Positions 36,968 to 46,188 are shown, numbered from the stretch's first letter. The stretch: 64,000 nt of DNA from Escherichia coli (GCF_016026235.1 NZ_CP065613.1), one strand, 5' to 3'. A program made the numbers and translations. The notes: a model not told the origin generated them from the sequence alone.

Positions 36968-37321
36968 TTAACTCTGAAGCATAGCGGCACGACAGGCGTT
37001 CCAGCCTCTCACCTCTGCAATAGCGGCAACAGCATCAACCGCGTACATGCTAAGAGGATTAGGCATTGGTTTTTCTTCCGGTACTATTGGCGCTGGAGGG
37101 GCGGCGTATACTTCAATTATCCCATTATCAATAGGCCAATCCCCATCCTTGATGTAATCACTTGTGCCATCGACCTGCTGTTCTGCAATGTGGAAAGCAC
37201 CTATCGGCTCTGCTGTCAGCGATGCCAGAGCAATTTCATAAGCACGGCGTTCAACATTGTCTCGCACATCCAAACTGCTGATACGCTCTTTGATTTCTTT
37301 AATCAGTTCTTTGTCGTTCAC
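36968..37321 (-). CDS. Hypothetical prophage protein (DUF551-like)
   Basis: 117 aa ORF. Confidence 0.4.
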   Translation of the reverse strand: MNDKELIKEIKERISSLDVRDNVERRAYEIALASLTAEPIGAFHIAEQQVDGTSDYIKDGDWPIDNGIIEVYAAPPAPIVPEEKPMPNPLSMYAVDAVAAIAEVRGWNACRAAMLQS

Positions 37322-37393
37322 TTATGCCTCCGATTCCCGGATGTCACCCAAATCAACGCTACAATGCCAACCAGTGCAACGAGCGCAAAACTA

Positions 37394-37918
37394 TCAAGCA
37401 TCTCCAACCTCTTTAACGGTAACTGTCTGTGCCTCCAGTTCTGCTATGCGCTTTTCTGAGGCTTCAAGTAACGCCTGCTTATCGCGTAGCGCTTCTTCCA
37501 GTTCAGCAACATGGCATTCACTATCAATAAGGTTGTTCTCTGCTGCTTCCAGCTCAACACGCAACTTCCCTACCGTTAGCGCAATTTCCTCGTTCTCCTG
37601 ATCGCGGCTTTTGATGTATTGCAGGTTTCTTTCCCGTTCATCCAGTAGTGCCAGCGCAACATTTGGATTAAAAGCAGCAATAAATTCAGCGTTTGCATAA
37701 GCCTGAACATCTGTTTCAACCAGGCAGTTAACATGACATTCCGCAATCACACCACCGGGTTCTCCTTTCCATTTTTGACAAACAAAAACTCCTGTTAAAT
37801 TGCCGTGCTGGTTAACAGATGTATGCCCTACGATGTAGCTCCCTTTAGTTGCCTGCTCTGCCGCCTCACGCAGTGCCTGATAGTCAATCTTGCTCACTGG
37901 TTGCCTCCTTTGCGCCAC
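37394..37918 (-). CDS. Ea22-like early-left protein
   Basis: 174 aa with C-terminal coiled coil; DNA in 37440-37640 resembles the lambda ea22 region as recalled. Confidence 0.55.
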   Translation of the reverse strand: MAQRRQPVSKIDYQALREAAEQATKGSYIVGHTSVNQHGNLTGVFVCQKWKGEPGGVIAECHVNCLVETDVQAYANAEFIAAFNPNVALALLDERERNLQYIKSRDQENEEIALTVGKLRVELEAAENNLIDSECHVAELEEALRDKQALLEASEKRIAELEAQTVTVKEVGDA

Positions 37919-38071
37919 ATCGCATTCAGATATTTGTTGTCATTAACAGAACCGAAACTCTTTCTCTTAAGCAATTCCTCTCTCGATGGCATTGGCTTTA
38001 CGCGTTGGCGAATAATCATTTCTGCCGGAAGAATGCCGGGATTGTATGCAAGTCCTCTCATGGTAAATTCC

Positions 38072-38368
38072 TCAGTCATTACTGGTAGCGCCATAGCGTG
38101 AGCGGTAATTACGCAGGCGCGGGTCGATATATTCAGGGAATTTGTCTATTGTCGCTTTTCGCAACGGTCTCATTGCTGTTTCGTTTGTTCGGTCCTTCTC
38201 CTGTTTTAGCGCGAGTTGTATATCGCGTCGGTACATCCGTTCTGCTTTTGTTTCTGGTTTCAGAGCAAGAAACGCGTCGAAATTGTTTTTGATATTTTCC
38301 AGCACCTCCGCCTTGGAGCTACCGGAGCAGTTGCGCGGGTCATCCGCACCATACAGAGGCGCTGGCAT
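38072..38368 (-). CDS. Hypothetical prophage protein
   Basis: 98 aa ORF. Confidence 0.4.
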   Translation of the reverse strand: MPAPLYGADDPRNCSGSSKAEVLENIKNNFDAFLALKPETKAERMYRRDIQLALKQEKDRTNETAMRPLRKATIDKFPEYIDPRLRNYRSRYGATSND

Positions 38369-38391
38369 AATGGGAGCCTTATTTTCAGTAA

Positions 38392-38979
38392 TCAGAAAGG
38401 AGGGTAATCGTTCTGGCTGTAACCATAATCATCTGCATGATTATGGCTTACGTTTTTAGAGCGATTGTCTTTATCTTTGAGGCTGCCAACCATGTTGGCG
38501 ATAGTTTCTGGTTGCTTGCCTTCCGCCTTTTCTTTAAGGGTTTGACCTGTTTGTGCAATAAACGGGATGCGTATTTCCATCTGGTAGCTGTCTGCGCCAG
38601 TCTTTTTGTTTGTGGTTAATACTTTCTGGAGCACTAACCCGATTTTCTTTCCATGAAATTCAGGAGCAACAAATTTACTGGCGGAAACCATATGTTGCGT
38701 TAACTGCTTAATCCCAACACACCCCATCATGGCATGAACGACGTTTGCACCAAACTTGTTTTCCGTTCCGTCATTTTTCTGAACACAAACGCTAAGATAT
38801 TGGATTTTACGTCCGTCGTCGGATTCGCCAGAAAGCTCAATAAATTTTGCGCCTTTTTCTGATTGCTTTAGTTCTGCTTCAGTAATGGTAATGATATGAG
38901 CGCCAGTTTCGTTAATAAAACCACCTTGCCCTGCGGTCAGTGCTGCTTCTTCGTTATAAGTAAAAATCACGTTGCTCAT
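38392..38979 (-). CDS. DUF669-like protein (putative ssDNA-binding partner of Sak4-type recombinases)
   Basis: 195 aa ORF immediately downstream of and overlapping the AAA ATPase gene. Confidence 0.45.
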   Translation of the reverse strand: MSNVIFTYNEEAALTAGQGGFINETGAHIITITEAELKQSEKGAKFIELSGESDDGRKIQYLSVCVQKNDGTENKFGANVVHAMMGCVGIKQLTQHMVSASKFVAPEFHGKKIGLVLQKVLTTNKKTGADSYQMEIRIPFIAQTGQTLKEKAEGKQPETIANMVGSLKDKDNRSKNVSHNHADDYGYSQNDYPPF

Positions 38980-39656
38980 GCGGCGTTTTCCTTAATTTGA
39001 TGAACATTATTGATGCCGTAGTAATCACAAACAGTGGCATCGACGAAAGAGAGATCGTTATCAATCTCATTGGAGTCAAACATTCCCATTGGGGATTTAA
39101 CAGTGTCTGCACCGTTGTTTTTCGTGGTGAAAAAGAACTGGTCATCACGGGTAAGGGTGCGAAGAACTATAGTAAACATGCCTTCGACAGTGATTTTCTC
39201 GTCCAGCATTTTTCCTATAGTTTTCATTTTCACGCGCCCCATAGGGGTTTCTTCGGTGTGCGCAAGAAAATAGACTCTCAGGTCATCTGGCGCATCCTGT
39301 GCAGCCTTAATCACCTCCCATGCGTGGCGGCCTATCTCAGTAAATTTATCAAACGATTTTTCTTCTGAGCGGCGCATAAACTCATTGCTCATCACATACT
39401 GGAAGTCATCAACAATAACGATTCTTTTCCCGTATTCGTGAGCACGCTTAATTACGGCAACTATTACGCCCCATTTATCAGTGGTAACTACGGTTCCTTT
39501 TTTTGCTCTGGCATCCCATGCCAGCCAGTCTTTTGATTTAAATGGCAGCGGCTTGCCTATTGGTTTTATAAGTATTGCTTCCTCTGGATTGATATTTCTC
39601 ATGCTGGTTGATTTTCCGGTGCCAGATTCACCGAGTATTAATGTCGCAGTTCCCAT
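38976..39656 (-). CDS. Sak4-like RecA-fold ATPase (phage recombination/annealing protein)
   Basis: 226 aa with Walker A ILGESGTGKST and Walker B-like IVIVDDF; occupies the position of lambda exo/bet. Confidence 0.6.
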   Translation of the reverse strand: MGTATLILGESGTGKSTSMRNINPEEAILIKPIGKPLPFKSKDWLAWDARAKKGTVVTTDKWGVIVAVIKRAHEYGKRIVIVDDFQYVMSNEFMRRSEEKSFDKFTEIGRHAWEVIKAAQDAPDDLRVYFLAHTEETPMGRVKMKTIGKMLDEKITVEGMFTIVLRTLTRDDQFFFTTKNNGADTVKSPMGMFDSNEIDNDLSFVDATVCDYYGINNVHQIKENAA

Positions 39657-39664
39657 AATTTGCC

Positions 39665-39865
39665 TCAGAATGGTAATTCGGATGGGGTGGAAAGAAATTC
39701 GCGCTCATTCATGCGCTCTCTTTGCGCCTGCCATAAGCAAAGTTGTTTCTTTGATTTATCTCCCGCTTTACGCCAGTAACGAGCCTCAGCAATGTGATAC
39801 TCTCTTTTTAATCGACTTAACTCTGGGGTTTTCGCCAGTTCTACCGGAATCATTTTGACCTCCAT
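39665..39865 (-). CDS. Hypothetical small prophage protein
   Basis: 66 aa ORF. Confidence 0.35.
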   Translation of the reverse strand: MEVKMIPVELAKTPELSRLKREYHIAEARYWRKAGDKSKKQLCLWQAQRERMNEREFLSTPSELPF

Positions 39866-39948
39866 TTTTTATAAGCGTCGACGGCTTCACGAAACATCTT
39901 TTCATCGCCAATAAAAGTGGCGATAGTGAATTTAGTCTGGATAGCCAT
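39850..39948 (-). pseudogene. kil: kil remnant (host-killing FtsZ inhibitor), codons 6 onward; codons 1-5 (MDQTL) lie at 41216-41230 on the far side of the IS600-like element
   Basis: MAIQTKFTIATFIGDEKMFREAVDAYKKW... matches lambda Kil from residue 6; the ATA target duplication rejoins to give MDQTLMAIQTKF. Confidence 0.75.
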
Positions 39949-39992
39949 ATGAGGTGTACTGGCAATAGCGGACACTACCATTTGTTCTTTTT

Positions 39993-40811
39993 TTAAGCAG
40001 CCATCTGATGATATTTTTCCCTGAAGGCTGCCGGGGAGATATTCCCCAGACGAGAGTGACGACGCTGACGATTGTAGAAAATCTCAATGTATTCCCGTAT
40101 TACTGAGATGGCCTCATTCCGGCTCTTAAAACGATAGTGGCTCAGGCTCTCATTTTTCAGCGTTCCCCAGAAGCTTTCCATCGGAGCGTTGTCGTAACAG
40201 TTACCTTTACGCGACATTGATGTTTTCAGACCAGACTGCTCCTGTATGACCCGGTAATCGTATGCGCAGTACTGTGAACCTCGATCGGAGTGGTGGATTA
40301 GCCCGGCAGGTGGGCGCTGGCTCCTGAGCGCCATAAACAGGGCTTTACCTGTCAGCTCTTTTGTCATGCGCTCTCCCATGGCGTAGCCGACAATTTCGCA
40401 CGTATAAACATCTTTGATGCCAGCGAGGTACAACCATCCCTCCTGTGTGGCAACATACGTCAGGTCCGCCACCCAGACCTGATTTGGTGCTGTAGGAGCG
40501 AACGTCTGGTTCAGCAGATTTGGCGCAACTGGCAGATTGTGGTTCGAGTTCGTAGTCGCTCTGAACTTGCGTTTCTGCTTACAGCGTAGCCTTAGCTCCT
40601 TACGAAGACGTGCCAGTCGGTCACGACCAACGATGATGCCATTCTCTGCCAGCTCCGTCTGGAGCCGCCGGGTTCCATATGTTTCGCGAGTGCGGATATG
40701 TGCCACCTTAATCTCCAGTTTTAGCCGCTCATCACTTTGTTTTCTGTCTGAGGGTTCATGCTGTACCCAGTTGTAATAACCGCTCCTGGATACACCAAAT
40801 ACCCGACACAT
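39993..40811 (-). CDS. IS3-family transposase OrfB (DDE)
   Basis: 272 aa rve-domain ORF. Confidence 0.85.
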   Translation of the reverse strand: MCRVFGVSRSGYYNWVQHEPSDRKQSDERLKLEIKVAHIRTRETYGTRRLQTELAENGIIVGRDRLARLRKELRLRCKQKRKFRATTNSNHNLPVAPNLLNQTFAPTAPNQVWVADLTYVATQEGWLYLAGIKDVYTCEIVGYAMGERMTKELTGKALFMALRSQRPPAGLIHHSDRGSQYCAYDYRVIQEQSGLKTSMSRKGNCYDNAPMESFWGTLKNESLSHYRFKSRNEAISVIREYIEIFYNRQRRHSRLGNISPAAFREKYHQMAA

Positions 40812-40846
40812 CGCTTCAATGGGAAATTGTTGTCGCCATTGTTCGA

Positions 40847-41149
40847 TTAACGCGTATTTTTCAGCGACTCCTGTGCAAAATACGCTGTTGCTTTTTTTAA
40901 TATATCTCGCTCAAGGCGAGCTTCATTTAACGCCTTACGCAGTTGCAGAATTTCAGATTCCAGTTCAGCCACCGTGCGGGAACCAGGAGTACCGAGCCCT
41001 TTTCTGGCGGCGGTAACCCATTGTCCTAAAGTGCCTTCAGGAAGGGATAATCGGGAAGCGCCTTCACTGATCGAAAGTTGATTTTCAAGAACCGTTCTGA
41101 CAGCTTCGGCTTTGAACTCTTTAGAGTAACGTTGGGTTTTTCTGCTCAT
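40847..41149 (-). CDS. IS3-family transposase OrfA (HTH)
   Basis: 100 aa MSRKTQRYSKEFKAEAVRTVLENQLSISEGASRL... Confidence 0.85.
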   Translation of the reverse strand: MSRKTQRYSKEFKAEAVRTVLENQLSISEGASRLSLPEGTLGQWVTAARKGLGTPGSRTVAELESEILQLRKALNEARLERDILKKATAYFAQESLKNTR

Positions 41150-41210
41150 TATTAGCTCCTTCTGATGCCATTCTATTTCAGGAAGGAGTGTCCGTTAAAC
41201 TCAGGCTACC

Positions 41211-41363
41211 TCAATAAGTGTTTGATCCATTCTTTGGGACTCCTGGCTGATTAAGTATGTCGATAAGGCGTTTCCATCCGTCACGTAATTTACGGGTGAT
41301 TCGTTCAAGTAAAGATTCGGAAGGGCAGCCAGCAACAGGCCACCCTGCAATGGCATATTGCAT
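41211..41363 (-). CDS. cIII: cIII (FtsH inhibitor), last 4 codons replaced by a stop inside the IS inverted repeat
   Basis: MQYAIAGWPVAGCPSESLLERITRKLRDGWKRLIDILNQPGVPKNGSNTY-stop; lambda cIII continues GYPD. Confidence 0.8.
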   Translation of the reverse strand: MQYAIAGWPVAGCPSESLLERITRKLRDGWKRLIDILNQPGVPKNGSNTY

Positions 41364-41462
41364 GGTGTGCTCCTTATTTACGCTTTAAATTGCTCCGTGT
41401 ATTCACTCGTTGGAATGAATACACAGTGCAGTGTTTATTCTGTTGTTTATGCCAAAATAATT

Positions 41463-41705
41463 TTAATCAGCAATAAACTCTTCTGGTAATTTATCAACTA
41501 TTTGATGACTTATTATCAGCCATTTGCCATCCTTCGTTTCGTATGCATATTTCTGGTCTTTTATCATCATGTGTTCAGCTACTGCCTTAACTGCCTGTTC
41601 GGTTACATCTTCTTTCTTTCCCACCCACATTCCTTTTTCAGTGTTTAATGTTCCTTGAAAAATACGACCACTTAATGGGCTTGCGCCCATAGTTTTTACT
41701 CTCAT
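41463..41705 (-). CDS. Hypothetical early-left protein between N and cIII
   Basis: 80 aa ORF. Confidence 0.4.
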   Translation of the reverse strand: MRVKTMGASPLSGRIFQGTLNTEKGMWVGKKEDVTEQAVKAVAEHMMIKDQKYAYETKDGKWLIISHQIVDKLPEEFIAD

Positions 41706-41715
41706 GTATCAGTCC

Positions 41716-42042
41716 TCAAATAAGTGGTTTGCTGCCTAATTTCATTTTCTGGCGACCAACACAAGTCACACCCATTTCACTGCGTGGCTTGCTGTACCAT
41801 GTGCGCTGATTCTTGCGCTCAATACGTTGCAGGTTGCTTTCAATCTGTTCGTGGTATTCAGCCAGCACTGTAAGGTCTATCGGATTCAGCGCGCTTTCTA
41901 CTCGTGATTTCGGTTTGCGATTCAGCGAGAGAATAGGGCGGTTAACTGGTTTTGCGCTTACCCCAACCAACAGGGGATTTGCTGCTTTCCATTGAGCCTG
42001 TTTCTCTGCGCGACGTTCGCGGCGGCGTGTTTGTGCATCCAT
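41716..42042 (-). CDS. N: Antitermination protein N (lambda-type)
   Basis: 107 aa MDAQTRRRERRAEKQAQWKAANPLLVGVSAKPVNRPILSL... with arginine-rich motif; the ORF track adds 30 upstream codons. Confidence 0.9.
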   Translation of the reverse strand: MDAQTRRRERRAEKQAQWKAANPLLVGVSAKPVNRPILSLNRKPKSRVESALNPIDLTVLAEYHEQIESNLQRIERKNQRTWYSKPRSEMGVTCVGRQKMKLGSKPLI

Positions 42043-42152
42043 CTGGATTCTCCTGTCAGTTAGCTTTGAGTAACGCGCCGTGATGCTTATCTCCACGGTT
42101 GCTGTCTTGCAGCTGCATTTCGCGCTACTCAAAGCTTTCTGCTTTGAATGCT

Positions 42153-42184
42153 GCCCTTCTTCAGGGCTTAATTTTTAAGAGCAT
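42153..42184 (-). promoter_or_regulatory. nutL (boxB hairpin GCCCTGAAGAAGGGC plus adjacent boxA-like element)
   Basis: On the bottom strand ...gctcttaaaaattaagccctgaagaagggcagc... upstream of N. Confidence 0.75.
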
Positions 42185-42342
42185 CACCTTCAATGGTGGT
42201 CAGTGCGTCCTGCTGATGGCTAAATAGTACGATTTGTACTTTATCGAGTCAATACAAAATGTTCTAAATATAATTAGTTTCTTATAACGCTTTGTATTTA
42301 ATGGGTTTATATTTTGGAAAAAGAAAACCCGACACTAAGGTC

Positions 42343-43768
42343 TAATGCCGATCAGTTAAGGATCAGTTGACCGATCCAGTGGCTGTGTAAGAATCCGGAA
42401 ACGCTCACTTGTTTCCGGATTTTTTTATGCACATTGGACAGGCTCTTGATCTGGTATCCCGTTACGATTCTCTGCGTAACCCACTGACTTCTCTGGGGGA
42501 TTACCTCGACCCCGAACTCATCTCTCGTTGCCTTGCCGAATCAGGTACTGTAACGCTACGCAAGCGCCGTCTTCCCCTCGAAATGATGGTCTGGTGTATT
42601 GTTGGCATGGCGCTTGAGCGTAAAGAACCTCTTCACCAGATTGTGAATCGCCTGGACATCATGCTGCCGGGCAATCGCCCCTTCGTTGCCCCCAGTGCCG
42701 TTATTCAGGCCCGCCAGCGCCTGGGAAGTGAGGCTGTCCGCCGCGTGTTCACGAAAACAGCGCAGCTCTGGCATAACGCCACGCCGCATCCGCACTGGTG
42801 CGGCCTGACCCTGCTGGCCATCGATGGTGTGTTCTGGCGCACACCGGATACACCAGAGAACGATGCAGCCTTCCCCCGCCAGACACATGCCGGGAACCCG
42901 GCGCTCTACCCGCAGGTCAAAATGGTCTGCCAGATGGAACTGACCAGCCATCTGCTGACGGCTGCAGCCTTCGGCACGATGAAGAACAGCGAAAATGAGC
43001 TTGCTGAGCAACTTATAGAACAAACCGGCGATAACACTCTGACGTTAATGGATAAAGGTTATTACTCACTGGGACTGTTAAATGCCTGGAGCCTGGCGGG
43101 AGAACACCGCCACTGGATGATACCTCTCAGAAAGGGAGCGCAATATGAAGAGCTCAGAAAACTGGGTAAAGGCGATCATCTGGTGAAGCTGAAAACCAGC
43201 CCGCAGGCACGAAAAAAGTGGCCGGGACTGGGAAATGAAGTGACAGCCCGCCTGCTGACCGTGACGCGCAAAGGAAAAGTCTGCCATCTGCTGACGTCGA
43301 TGACGGACGCCATGCGCTTCCCCGGAGGAGAAATGGCGGATCTGTACAGTCATCGCTGGGAAATCGAACTGGGATACAGGGAGATAAAACAGACGATGCA
43401 ACTGAGCAGGCTGACGCTGAGAAGTAAAAAGCCGGAGCTTGTGGAGCAAGAGCTGTGGGGTGTCTTACTGGCTTATAATCTGGTGAGATATCAGATGATT
43501 AAAATGGCGGAACATCTGAAAGGTTACTGGCCGAATCAACTGAGTTTCTCAGAATCATGCGGAATGGTGATGAGAATGCTGATGACATTGCAGGGCGCTT
43601 CACCGGGACGTATACCGGAGCTGATGCGCGATCTTGCAAGTATGGGACAACTTGTGAAATTACCGACGAGAAGGGGAAGGGCCTTCCCGAGAGTGGTAAA
43701 GGAGAGGCCCTGGAAATACCCCACAGCCCCGAAAAAGAGCCAGTCAGTTGCTTAACTGACTGGCATTA
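42343..43768 (+). mobile_element. IS4 (1426 bp) with 12-bp target duplication gacactaaggtc
   Basis: Terminal inverted repeats taatgccgatcagttaagga.../...ttaactgactggcatta; identical 12-mer at 42331-42342 and 43769-43780. Confidence 0.88.
42409..43755 (+). CDS. IS4 transposase
   Basis: 448 aa DDE transposase ORF filling the element. Confidence 0.88.
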   Translation: MFPDFFMHIGQALDLVSRYDSLRNPLTSLGDYLDPELISRCLAESGTVTLRKRRLPLEMMVWCIVGMALERKEPLHQIVNRLDIMLPGNRPFVAPSAVIQARQRLGSEAVRRVFTKTAQLWHNATPHPHWCGLTLLAIDGVFWRTPDTPENDAAFPRQTHAGNPALYPQVKMVCQMELTSHLLTAAAFGTMKNSENELAEQLIEQTGDNTLTLMDKGYYSLGLLNAWSLAGEHRHWMIPLRKGAQYEELRKLGKGDHLVKLKTSPQARKKWPGLGNEVTARLLTVTRKGKVCHLLTSMTDAMRFPGGEMADLYSHRWEIELGYREIKQTMQLSRLTLRSKKPELVEQELWGVLLAYNLVRYQMIKMAEHLKGYWPNQLSFSESCGMVMRMLMTLQGASPGRIPELMRDLASMGQLVKLPTRRGRAFPRVVKERPWKYPTAPKKSQSVA

Positions 43769-43815
43769 GACACTAAGGTCGGGTTATTGTTGTGTGCTTT
43801 AGAGTAGTGAGGCTG

Positions 43816-44550
43816 TTAACTAAATGTCTCTTCAGGCCACTGGCTGGCGATAACTTTCCCCACAACGGAACAACTCTCATTGCATGGGATCATTGGGTAT
43901 TGTGGGTTTAGTGGCTGTAGAAACACCTGACCACTATCCCTGATCAGTTTCTTGAAAGTAAATTCATCACCACCAAGTCTGGCTATGCAGAAATCGCCGG
44001 GCTCAACAGCTTGCTCAGGGTCAACCAGAATTAACATCCCGTCAGGAAAACTGGGTTTGGAACCTGTTGGTGCGGTCATGGAATTACCTTCAACTTCAAG
44101 CCAAAACGCACAATCACTGGCTTTTTTGGTTGTGCTGACCCATCTCTCCGCATCACCTTTGGTAAAGGTTCTAAGCTCAGGCGAGAACATCCCGGCCTGA
44201 ACATGAGAAAAAACAGGGTACTCATATTGTTTTTTAACGGGGGCAGATGAGTATTCGCCAACAGGTGAAAATGTACCGTCGTGGTTGAATGAGACGTTAT
44301 CAATACCAAGGTATTTAAACACCACACCAATCTCGTCAAGAGATGGATGACGAGATCCGCGCAACCAGTGACCAATTCCACCCTGCGTCATACCAAGCTC
44401 TTCAGCTAACTTCTCTTGAGTTATGCCGAGCTCTTTCATTCTGGATCTAGCCAGTTCATACCATTTCATTTTCATATCCTTATTATTACGCTCTGTACTA
44501 AAACCATCCATGCACAAGATGTATTTTTTGTTTGCATTCCAAAAGTACAT
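43816..44550 (-). CDS. cI: CI-type prophage repressor (HTH_XRE N-domain plus S24 LexA-like C-domain)
   Basis: 244 aa; C-terminal half matches lambda cI ([34 protein letters not shown] ... [10 protein letters not shown]) while the N-terminal DNA-binding domain is unrelated to lambda cI. Confidence 0.85.
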   Translation of the reverse strand: MYFWNANKKYILCMDGFSTERNNKDMKMKWYELARSRMKELGITQEKLAEELGMTQGGIGHWLRGSRHPSLDEIGVVFKYLGIDNVSFNHDGTFSPVGEYSSAPVKKQYEYPVFSHVQAGMFSPELRTFTKGDAERWVSTTKKASDCAFWLEVEGNSMTAPTGSKPSFPDGMLILVDPEQAVEPGDFCIARLGGDEFTFKKLIRDSGQVFLQPLNPQYPMIPCNESCSVVGKVIASQWPEETFS

Positions 44551-44586
44551 ATCGTATTATTGTCTCATGGTTACTATGGAGGGCAT

Positions 44587-44802
44587 ATGAGCAACCTACG
44601 AAAATATCGAGAGTCACTGAATATCTCTCAAACAACACTTGCTAAGGCGGTTGGATGCACACAGGGAGCTATTGGGCATTGGGAATCTGGTCGTCGCTTC
44701 CCAGACCTTAAAACATGCCGCGCTCTTGTTGCATGCCTAAACAAGTTAGGCGCAAAAGTCAGTCTTGATGACGTGTTCCCTCCGGAACACAAAGCCGCTT
44801 AA
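44587..44802 (+). CDS. cro: Cro-like HTH repressor (non-lambda)
   Basis: 71 aa MSNLRKYRESLNISQTTLAKAVGCTQGAIGHWESGRR..., divergent from cI across a ~36 bp operator region. Confidence 0.75.
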   Translation: MSNLRKYRESLNISQTTLAKAVGCTQGAIGHWESGRRFPDLKTCRALVACLNKLGAKVSLDDVFPPEHKAA

Positions 44803-44921
44803 GACATTCCAGCTCTTACACATTCCAGCCCTGAAAAAGGGCATCCAATTAAACCACACCTATGGTGTATGCATTTATTTGCATACATTCAATCAATTGT
44901 TGTCTAAGGAAATACTTACAT

Positions 44922-45290
44922 ATGGTTCGTGCAAACAAACGCAACGAGGCTCTACGAATCGAGAGTGCGTTGCTTAACAAAATCGCAATGCTTGGAACTG
45001 AGAAGACAGCGGAAGCTGTGGGAGTTGATAAGTCGCAGATCAGCAGGTGGAAGAGGGACTGGATTCCAAAGTTCTCAATGCTGCTTGCTGTTCTTGAATG
45101 GGGCGTCGTTGACGACGATATGGCTCGATTGGCACGACAAGTTGCTTCGATTCTCACCAATAAAAACGCCCGGTGTGGCAAACCGAGCGTTCTGAACAAA
45201 TCCAGATGGAGTTCTGAGGTCATTACTGGATCTATCAACAGGAGTCATTATGACAAATACAGCAAAAATACTCAACTTCGGCAGAGGTAA
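44922..45290 (+). CDS. cII: cII transcriptional activator, C-terminus divergent from lambda (possible frameshift)
   Basis: Residues 1-80 match lambda cII (MVRANKRNEALRIESALLNKIAMLGTEKTAEAVGVDKSQISRWKRDW...); the lambda C-terminal EQIQMEF is encoded in another frame. Confidence 0.7.
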   Translation: MVRANKRNEALRIESALLNKIAMLGTEKTAEAVGVDKSQISRWKRDWIPKFSMLLAVLEWGVVDDDMARLARQVASILTNKNARCGKPSVLNKSRWSSEVITGSINRSHYDKYSKNTQLRQR

Positions 45291-46188
45291 CTTTGCCGGA
45301 CAGGAGCGTAATGTGGCAGATCTCGATGATGGTTACGCCAGATTATCAAATATGCTGCTTGAGGCTTATTCAGGCGCAGATCTGACCAAGCGACAGTTTA
45401 AAGTGCTGCTTGCCATTCTGCGTAAAACCTATGGGTGGAATAAACCAATGGACAGAATCACTGATTCTCAACTTAGCGAGTTGACAAAGTTACCTGTCAA
45501 ACGATGCAATGAAGCCAAGTTAGAACTCGTCAGAATGAATATTATCAAGCAGCAAGGCGGCATGTTTGGACCAAACAAAAACATCTCAGAATGGTGTATC
45601 CCTCAAAACGAGGGGGGTTCCCCTAAAATGAGGGATATCCCTCAAAACGAGGGAAAATCCCCTAAAACGAGGGATAAAACATCCCTCAAATTGGGGGATT
45701 GCTATCCCTCAAAACAGGGGGACACAAAAGACACTATTACAAAAGAAAAAAGAAAAGATTATTCGTCCGAGAATTCTGGCGAATCCTCTGACCAGCCAGA
45801 AAACGATCTTTCTGTGGTTAAACCGGATGCTGCAATTCAGAGCGGCAGCAAGTGGGGAACAGCAGAAGACCTGACCGCCGCAGAGTGGATGTTTGACATG
45901 GTGAAGACTATCGCGCCATCAGCCAGAAAACCGAATTTTGCTGGGTGGGCTAACGATATCCGCCTGATGCGTGAACGTGACGGACGTAACCACCGCGATA
46001 TGTGTGTGCTTTTCCGCTGGGCCTGCCAGGACAACTTCTGGTCCGGTAACGTGCTAAGTCCGGCCAAACTCCGCGACAAGTGGACCCAGCTCGAAATCAA
46101 CCGTAACAAGCAACAGGCAGGCGTGACAGCCAGCAAACCAAAACTCGACCTGACAAACACTGACTGGATTTACGGGGTGGATTTATGA
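45250..46188 (+). CDS. O: Replication initiator O (lambda-type)
   Basis: 312 aa, matches lambda O with a 13-aa insertion in the iteron-encoded segment. Confidence 0.9.
   Translation: MTNTAKILNFGRGNFAGQERNVADLDDGYARLSNMLLEAYSGADLTKRQFKVLLAILRKTYGWNKPMDRITDSQLSELTKLPVKRCNEAKLELVRMNIIKQQGGMFGPNKNISEWCIPQNEGGSPKMRDIPQNEGKSPKTRDKTSLKLGDCYPSKQGDTKDTITKEKRKDYSSENSGESSDQPENDLSVVKPDAAIQSGSKWGTAEDLTAAEWMFDMVKTIAPSARKPNFAGWANDIRLMRERDGRNHRDMCVLFRWACQDNFWSGNVLSPAKLRDKWTQLEINRNKQQAGVTASKPKLDLTNTDWIYGVDL
45598..45765 (+). promoter_or_regulatory. ori-lambda: six iteron-like 18-19 bp repeats plus AT-rich region, inside O
   Basis: atccctcaaaacgagggg / ttcccctaaaatgaggga / atccctcaaaacgaggga / atcccctaaaacgaggga / atccctcaaattggggga / atccctcaaaacaggggga then A-rich tract. 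Confidence 0.8.

Larger units (their letters stand above)
39950..41213 (-). mobile_element. IS600-like IS3-family insertion sequence (1264 bp) with 3-bp ATA target duplication
   Basis: Terminal inverted repeats TGAGGTGTACTGG.../...CTCAGGCTACCTCA; orfA (100 aa) and orfB (272 aa) typical of the IS3 family. Confidence 0.85.
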
